A stretch of 31,682 bases of DNA from a virus (taxonomy: Duplodnaviria > Caudoviricetes), in the IMG/VR virus record IMGVR_UViG_3300020594_000010, positions 1 through 31,682 of that record, one strand, 5' to 3'. A program made the position numbers and the translations under genes. Positions 26,466-31,682 of the stretch are shown here, in pieces (the stretch's first letter is position 1; each line of letters opens with the position of its first letter). The notes under the pieces were generated by a model. The model saw nothing but the letters and a program-made list of their open reading frames with translations, made no database searches and was not told where the DNA came from.

Positions 26466-27347
26466 TTGTCCGTTACTTTGAACATAAATCCAATATCCGG
26501 ATTTGACTCCGCATCTACGAAGGTAAAACCATTTTTAAGGTGGGCTGGTAGCAAGAGGAAGTTATTGAATCGGTTGAGCCCATTTTGGTCCGAAAGACAT
26601 ACGGTGTACGTAGAGCCTTTTGCTGGCTCGGCATGCTTGTTCTTTGAACTTGCGCCTGCCGCCGCCGTTCTCGGAGATACCAATTCAGAATTGATTGAAT
26701 TGTTCGAAGTCGTCCGCGACGACCCCTCTAATTTGCACGAGCGCTTATGTCGGCTCGAACGCGATTTGGATACCTACAAACATTGGCGTAGCCTTGATCC
26801 GAGTTCGATGGACCCTAATACTCGAGCTCTGAGGTTTCTATATCTCAATCGGAATTGCTTCAACGGCATATATCGCACAAATGCCAAGGGGCAATTTAAC
26901 GTCCCTATGGGAAGCAAGCTGGCCGCAAATATCCAGCGAGAGGAATTGATACGATGTTCCGAAATGCTCAAGAACGTGAAATTAATTCGCGGCGACTTCA
27001 TGGATACGCTGCAGCATGTGGGCATGAATAATTTTGTCTACCTAGATCCGCCATATGCCGTTAGTTCGCGCCGAATTTTTAAAGAGTACGGCAAGAAGAT
27101 ATTTGACGTCGCAGATATCGAGCGCTTTTCTGCGGGCTTGAATAACATCCATAAAAAGAAGGCAGACTTTCTCGTTTCATATGCGGATTGCAAAGAGGCA
27201 AGGGCGCTCGCGAAAGACTGGAATTCTTTTCGTTTTTCTGTCCGCCGCAATGTTGCGGGCTTCGCGGGAGCGAGGCGGAATGCTTATGAATGGCTGATAA
27301 CAAACTGCCCCATAGATAGACCGGAGCTGTTGTCATGGCCGAATTAA
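26466..27347 (+). CDS. dam: DNA adenine methyltransferase, Dam (D12, alpha-group) family
   Basis: KPFLRWAGSK (motif X), YVEPFAGS (motif I), LYLNRNCFNGIYRTN.KGQFNVP (Dam recognition hairpin), YLDPPY (motif IV). TTG start, exact start uncertain. Confidence 0.92.
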   Translation: MSVTLNINPISGFDSASTKVKPFLRWAGSKRKLLNRLSPFWSERHTVYVEPFAGSACLFFELAPAAAVLGDTNSELIELFEVVRDDPSNLHERLCRLERDLDTYKHWRSLDPSSMDPNTRALRFLYLNRNCFNGIYRTNAKGQFNVPMGSKLAANIQREELIRCSEMLKNVKLIRGDFMDTLQHVGMNNFVYLDPPYAVSSRRIFKEYGKKIFDVADIERFSAGLNNIHKKKADFLVSYADCKEARALAKDWNSFRFSVRRNVAGFAGARRNAYEWLITNCPIDRPELLSWPN

Positions 27348-28372
27348 AGCCCATTCAACATACGCCACCTGTGCCAGCGGGCTCTCTACGCCAACTTGGG
27401 ATTGATGATATCAAACCGAGTGCCAACAATCCGCGGCACTTGTTCGATGAATCTCCCCTTCAAGAGCTGCGAAAGAATATTGCTGAGCATGGAGTGTTGG
27501 TTCCCATCACAGTTTATCGTGCCCCGGGGCAGACTAAGTTCTCAATTCTAGATGGAGAACGTCGATACCGATGCGTCGTAGATCTTACACAGTCAGGTCA
27601 TCTAGGTCCTGACAATTTGCCCCTGTTATTGCCTGCAAATATCGTTGAGCCTCCAACGAAAATTGCTGGGTTGCTATATATGTTTTCGATCCACAACTTT
27701 CGCGAAGGTTGGGAGCTCATGCCAACGGCGCTCAGCCTCAAGAGCGTTATGGAAACTCTAGACGAAACCGATAACAAGGCGCTTTCCAAGCTAACGGGAT
27801 TGAGCGAGCCTCAAATTGAGAGATGCAAGAAACTTATAGATCTTCCTGAGCGCTTTCAGCAGCTTTCCTTAGATCCTGATCCTAGAACGCGAATTCCATC
27901 TAACTTTTGGATCGAATGCTCCCCTGTCTTGGACTTTGCAGTGGCAAGCATACCATCGCTGAGAGAACTGGGGCGTGAAGGGGCGACCGACAAGTTAGTT
28001 GAGAAGTATCGCAACAAGAAAATACGCAGCGTGATTCATTTCCGCCGAATCATGGATGCTTTCGTCTTCAGTGAGGAAGACGCGGATCTGCGAGCAAGAC
28101 TATTGCAGCGCGTCGAGGAATACTTCTTGGATCCGACCTTGGAAACGAGGACTGTCTTCGATGAATTCACAGTGGATGCAAAGCGGACTCGGGATGCGCT
28201 CGAGGAATGCAATGAATTTGTGGCGCGGCTCAATCGGCTCAAATTAAAGTACGTTGCAGATGACGCGGCCCGCGCGAATCTTAGAAGTGCTCTGTCTCAG
28301 GTAGCTGCTCTGTGCGCGTCCATTGACGAAATGCTTAAGGGCAGTGACGATCCAGATATTATTAGTGAATGA
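27335..28372 (+). CDS. ParB/Srx-like N-terminal domain protein with HTH and C-terminal helical region
   Basis: NNPR (box I), IAEHGVLVPITV, LDGERRYR (box II arginine patch), HTH-like NKALSKLTGLSEPQIERC. Overlaps dam by 13 nt. Confidence 0.85.
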   Translation: MAELKPIQHTPPVPAGSLRQLGIDDIKPSANNPRHLFDESPLQELRKNIAEHGVLVPITVYRAPGQTKFSILDGERRYRCVVDLTQSGHLGPDNLPLLLPANIVEPPTKIAGLLYMFSIHNFREGWELMPTALSLKSVMETLDETDNKALSKLTGLSEPQIERCKKLIDLPERFQQLSLDPDPRTRIPSNFWIECSPVLDFAVASIPSLRELGREGATDKLVEKYRNKKIRSVIHFRRIMDAFVFSEEDADLRARLLQRVEEYFLDPTLETRTVFDEFTVDAKRTRDALEECNEFVARLNRLKLKYVADDAARANLRSALSQVAALCASIDEMLKGSDDPDIISE

Positions 28373-29202
28373 AGATGCTTTCATATTTGGATTGCTTCCG
28401 AGCAGCTGCGCGTTTTCCGGGTTATCATCCTCGCCCGGTGACCTTTTGGACATTGGTTAAATGGCTTCGACAATTCGAAAAGAAAGATCGTAAGCGAATT
28501 CTTCGTTTGTTGGACGAGGTTGTCTACTTTCCCGAAGCGCAAGTTAAGCAGTTGCTGATACAACAGAACGCAGCGCTTATGACTATGTTGCATGACGCGG
28601 GACTTCCTCCTGAAAATCTTATATATGTGCAAGTTGATGACGCTGGGAGCAGCAGTCCCGTGATGCTTAACATTCTCCGGGATTCCATGGGCCTTGAGCA
28701 ACGTGGCTGCCATCTCCTCGATGCAAAAGACGTCCTAGGCATAGTGCAGCGGACCAACGCACTCGGACGAGGCGCTGTGATTTACGTCGATGACTTTGTT
28801 GGAAGTGGTTCGCAACTCTGCACCGCGAGAGATTTTGTTGCAAAAAATATAGGCGGAACATTTTCGGAATTCGCGCTAGCTGCAGCAATATGTGAGGAAG
28901 GTCTCGCTCGGTTAGCTACGAGAGGAGTTGAGGCATATTCCGGCCATCTGCACAGCAAGGTGGACCGGCCGCTACATGCGAACTCGCCTCTTTTTGATCG
29001 AGAAACTAAGAGACGTCTTATTGAAATCTGTAATACGATTGATCCAAATCTCGGGCTTGGTTTTCTCGATGGTGCGGTGATGGTTGTATTGTACCGCGGT
29101 CCTCCGGATAACGTACCGATTATCTTTCGAGGAAGTGCCGATCAAATACCATACATAGGCCTCTTCCCGCGCTATGCGGATCTTCCTTTGCCTGAATTGT
29201 AA
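28369..29202 (+). CDS. Phosphoribosyltransferase-like protein (PRTase-CE type)
   Basis: PRPP-binding loop VIYVDDFVGSGSQ. N-terminal WLRQF and C-terminal LGF...PDN...LFPR motifs typical of PRTase-CE-like proteins. ATGA overlap with the ParB gene. Confidence 0.8.
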   Translation: MKMLSYLDCFRAAARFPGYHPRPVTFWTLVKWLRQFEKKDRKRILRLLDEVVYFPEAQVKQLLIQQNAALMTMLHDAGLPPENLIYVQVDDAGSSSPVMLNILRDSMGLEQRGCHLLDAKDVLGIVQRTNALGRGAVIYVDDFVGSGSQLCTARDFVAKNIGGTFSEFALAAAICEEGLARLATRGVEAYSGHLHSKVDRPLHANSPLFDRETKRRLIEICNTIDPNLGLGFLDGAVMVVLYRGPPDNVPIIFRGSADQIPYIGLFPRYADLPLPEL

Positions 29203-29419
29203 CTGCTGGTTAGAGGCGGGCGTTTCGCGATAGCGTGTGTTCGGAAGATGCTGTTCCAGCGCCGCCGTTGCGCTCACTTCCAATTGTATCCATGGACATG
29301 TATGGATCACTTCTTTTCCCGCTGCACCTGCTGAGCCGGCTTATCCTCCCGTAACGCCTCAAACGACGTCTGCCGCAGCACAGCGACGGACTCTCACGCT
29401 TGCCCGTAAAGCCGGCGGC

Positions 29420-30667
29420 TTACTTCCACGGCAGGTAAATCAGATCCGCAGCCAGCGGCATTCCTTCCATCAGCATATCCGCCCATTCGTAGGCGAGCTC
29501 TTTCCGGCGCTGCAGGTGCTCCGCCCGGTTGTAGGCGGCCTGCACCTTGTCTTTCGGCACGTGCGCCAGCATGAAATCGATCACCGGCGCGTCGTGCCGA
29601 TTCTTTTCGTTCATCACGGTCGAGAAGGTGGTGCGCCAACCATGCGGCACGTGGCGGCCCTTGTACTTGGCGCGTTTCAGCGCTCGACCGAGCGCATTTT
29701 CGGTCATCGGCTCGTGCGCGTTCCGATAGTTGGGGAAGCATAGCGGCCCTCGGCCAGTGAGCCCTAGCAGCGCCTCGAGGGTCTCTATGGCCTGAGGCGC
29801 AAGCGGTACCAGGTGGTCGCGCGCTTCATCCTGCTTCTGGCGCACCCGGAGCTTCATCCGAGCGGCCGAAATGTACCAGATCGGATCGTCCTGGCCGATC
29901 AGCTCCCGGACCTCGTGCCATGGCGTCGACGCAAGGGTGCCCGGCCGCACGACCGTCAAGGCGAGCAGCCGCATCGCCAGGCGAGTGACCGGATGCGCCG
30001 GAATATCGTCCATCCTCAGCAGTATCTCGCGGCCTTCTTTCAGGGTCAGCACGGCCGGCTGCTTCCCTTTGACGACGGGTGCCAGGGCCTTCTGCACGAT
30101 CGCGGCCGGATCGTGGGCGCAATAGCTGCTGCCGATGCCGTAGACGAAGACGGCGCTGATGCGCTGGCGCACCCGGTGCCCGGCCTCGATCGCGCCGCGG
30201 GCCTGAATCGGTTTCAGCACATTCAGCACCATGGGTGGGGTGATATCAGGCAGGGGCAGGGAGCCGAGGGTAGGAAATACGTCCTTCTCGAGCGACCTGA
30301 TGACGTCGTCTGCGTGGATCGGGCTCCACGTCGGCACCTGCTTGGCGTGCCATTCCCGCGCCGCGATCTCGAAGGTCATGTCATTCGCCACCTTGCCGGC
30401 GGCCTTCTCCTTCTTGCGCTCAACCGCCGGGTCTCTCCCGACGCGCAGGTGCTGCTTGGCGGCGTCGCGCTCGCTGCGCGCGTCGGCTAGGGACAGGTCC
30501 GGATATTTGCCGAGCGACAGCAGCTTTTCCTTGCCGTCGAATTCGTATCTCATGCGCCAGAGCTTGCCGCCGGCGGGGCTGACAAAGAGGTGCAGCCCTC
30601 CAGCGTCGGTGAGTTTGTAGCCTTTGTCTTTCTTTTTGGCGACGCGCACCTGGGTGTCGGTCAGCAA
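29420..30667 (-). CDS. int: Tyrosine integrase, P4-like, with N-terminal arm-binding domain
   Basis: MLTD..V...K...YKLTDAGGLHL...GGKLWRMRY...LGKYPDLSLADAR N-terminus. Catalytic R (VRPG), HGWR, LAH and AAYNR. Adjacent to the tRNA 3' end. Confidence 0.96.
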   Translation of the reverse strand: MLTDTQVRVAKKKDKGYKLTDAGGLHLFVSPAGGKLWRMRYEFDGKEKLLSLGKYPDLSLADARSERDAAKQHLRVGRDPAVERKKEKAAGKVANDMTFEIAAREWHAKQVPTWSPIHADDVIRSLEKDVFPTLGSLPLPDITPPMVLNVLKPIQARGAIEAGHRVRQRISAVFVYGIGSSYCAHDPAAIVQKALAPVVKGKQPAVLTLKEGREILLRMDDIPAHPVTRLAMRLLALTVVRPGTLASTPWHEVRELIGQDDPIWYISAARMKLRVRQKQDEARDHLVPLAPQAIETLEALLGLTGRGPLCFPNYRNAHEPMTENALGRALKRAKYKGRHVPHGWRTTFSTVMNEKNRHDAPVIDFMLAHVPKDKVQAAYNRAEHLQRRKELAYEWADMLMEGMPLAADLIYLPWK

Positions 30668-30686
30668 TGTTTTCTCCGGTCAAAAA

Positions 30687-30727
30687 TACCCGGTTTCGCC
30701 CAAATCTGTACCCGGAAATATACCCGG
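30687..30727. repeat. Three TACCCGG direct repeats, probable integrase arm-type binding sites
   Basis: Copies at 30687-30693, 30709-30715 and 30721-30727, between the int start and the tRNA. Resemble the GGGTA-type arm repeats seen beside P4-family integrases. Confidence 0.65.
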
Positions 30728-30841
30728 TTCTGGTGCGGCTGCGGGCGAAAGAGGGCGAAGGAACGAGAAAGAACTTTGAGGGAGAAAACCCTGCAACACA
30801 AGGGTTTCGCGCACGTCAGGGAAGGTCAGTGAAAGAATGGA

Positions 30842-30935
30842 TGGCGGAGACGGAGGGATTCGAACCCTCGATAGGGCTTTACAACCCTATAACGGTTTAG
30901 CAAACCGCCGCCTTCAGCCTCTCGGCCACATCTCC
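30842..30935 (-). tRNA. tRNA-Ser (anticodon GCT), CCA encoded; prophage attachment site
   Basis: Reverse complement GGAGATGTGGCCGAGAGGCTGAAGGCGGCGGTTTGCTAAACCGT...GGTTCGAATCCCTCCGTCTCCGCCA. Long variable arm, GTTCGAA T-loop, G73 discriminator. Confidence 0.97.
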
Positions 30936-31002
30936 GGCGTCCGGCGCGAAACAGACAGTTCGGCGCGGAACGGACGGGGTCCGACCCGCCCGATACGGCT
31001 CC

Positions 31003-31031
31003 CATATGCATGACATGGATTTGGTTTGCAA
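31003..31031 (-). promoter_or_regulatory. Putative sigma70 promoter of tRNA-Ser
   Basis: Minus strand cTTGCAA-17 nt-CATATG, about 70 nt upstream of the tRNA 5' end. Confidence 0.4.
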
Positions 31032-31243
31032 GCCGCGCGGTGGCGGGATTCGCAGCGGATTTGCGATGTGGGCCTAAAATTCTGTTCCAAAGCCGGTTTT
31101 GGCGGGCGAGGCGGGGAGTAGCCGGTATATTTCGGTTGGAATCCGAGCCTTGCGCGATAGGATCGTCCGGTGGCGGGATTCATTTGCCCGACTTATGGGC
31201 GCGATATCCGGTGTGGACGTTCGCCGGCAAAGCAGGGGTAAAG

Positions 31244-31682
31244 ATGTCGCAACCGGGCAAATGGTGGATCGGGCTGCTGCCGCTGGCGATCGTCTGGATC
31301 GCCGCCAACTGGTTCAAGACCGAGGCCGTCGAGCGCGATATCGGAAGCAGGGTCGGTGCGGCCCTGGAGCGTAGCGCTGGTGCGGTCGAGACACCGCAAA
31401 TCGCGGTTGCGGGGCGTGACATCACGGTCTCCGGTGTGGTTCTGGACCAGGCGGCGCGGGAGCGTCTGTCCGACACGATCCTGGCGGAAGCCGGGTCGCG
31501 GCTCGTCAATGCCACAGCCGTCAGTTTTCCGCCTGTGGCCCGGCCCTATACGTTCGCGGCGAAGCGCGTCGGCAACGACCTGGTGCTGACCGGCAGCGTT
31601 CCCTCGCCAATGGTGCGGAGCGCTGTTGTCGACGCCGCCAAAGCCGCGGCCGGCGCCGGCAAGGTGATCGACCAATTGACCA
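31244..31682 (+). CDS. Host membrane-anchored BON-domain / OmpA-family protein (3'-truncated)
   Basis: Read manually; absent from the ORF track because it has no stop in the window. MSQPGKWWIGLLPLAIVWIAANW (TM)...VAGRDITVSG...PYTFAAKRVGNDLVLTGSVPS. AGGGG RBS. Confidence 0.7.
   Translation, partial: MSQPGKWWIGLLPLAIVWIAANWFKTEAVERDIGSRVGAALERSAGAVETPQIAVAGRDITVSGVVLDQAARERLSDTILAEAGSRLVNATAVSFPPVARPYTFAAKRVGNDLVLTGSVPSPMVRSAVVDAAKAAAGAGKVIDQLT

Larger units (their letters stand above)
1..30860. mobile_element. Prophage (lambda-like head, Mu-like contractile tail, P4-like integrase) integrated at tRNA-Ser 3' end; left part outside the window
   Basis: Contiguous structural, lysis and integrase genes ending at the tRNA, with a host gene beyond. 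The exact att core cannot be defined without the other end. Confidence 0.93.

Noticed and set aside
26466-29202. Classical type II restriction-modification or ParABS partition locus
   Set aside because: No PD-(D/E)XK or HNH nuclease gene, no Walker-A ParA and no canonical parS palindrome seen.
29203-29419. Small ORFs and ATCCAT-N8-ATGGAT inverted repeat between PRTase and integrase
   Set aside because: The ORFs are short or overlap real genes, with no motif support. A 6-bp repeat is within chance expectation.
30761-30774. GAAC-N6-GAAC upstream of the integrase as a LexA box
   Set aside because: The alphaproteobacterial SOS box has N7 spacing. This is better explained as part of the 10-bp phased att repeats.
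30590-31183. ORFs overlapping the att region and tRNA (30590-30832, 30667-30900, 30826-31011, 30914-31183)
   Set aside because: They overlap the tRNA and recombination sites and have no coding signatures.
1-31682. CRISPR array, rRNA or insertion sequence
   Set aside because: No regularly spaced nucleotide repeats, rRNA-like sequence or transposase motifs were seen.

Overview
This window is the right-hand ~30.8 kb of a temperate prophage integrated at the 3' end of a tRNA-Ser(GCT) gene in a high-GC alphaproteobacterium. The host assignment (probably Hyphomicrobiales) is inferred from GC content and gene types. On the + strand, in order: (1) a lambda-type head module (terminase gpA truncated by the window edge, gpW, portal, S49 protease with a nested scaffold, decoration protein D, capsid E); (2) a Mu-type contractile tail (sheath, tube, tail chaperone with a T-TTT-TTC -1 frameshift site, tape measure, gpN, gp44-48-like baseplate); (3) a collar-domain fibre and a ~1413-aa mosaic receptor-binding protein; (4) a holin / SAR endolysin / overlapping Rz-Rz1 lysis cassette plus two extra membrane proteins; (5) a multi-hairpin region ending in a terminator. 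Between that terminator and the convergent P4-type integrase lies a lower-GC operon of three overlapping genes: a Dam-family m6A methyltransferase, a ParB-like CTPase/HTH protein and a PRTase-CE-like phosphoribosyltransferase. It has no restriction nuclease, ParA or reverse transcriptase partner, and its AT-rich promoter carries a perfect DnaA box overlapping a near-consensus CtrA box. This operon is the best candidate for an undescribed system, possibly anti-phage or epigenetic. After the tRNA a host BON/OmpA-type gene begins. All product calls come from motif recognition and synteny; no database search was run.
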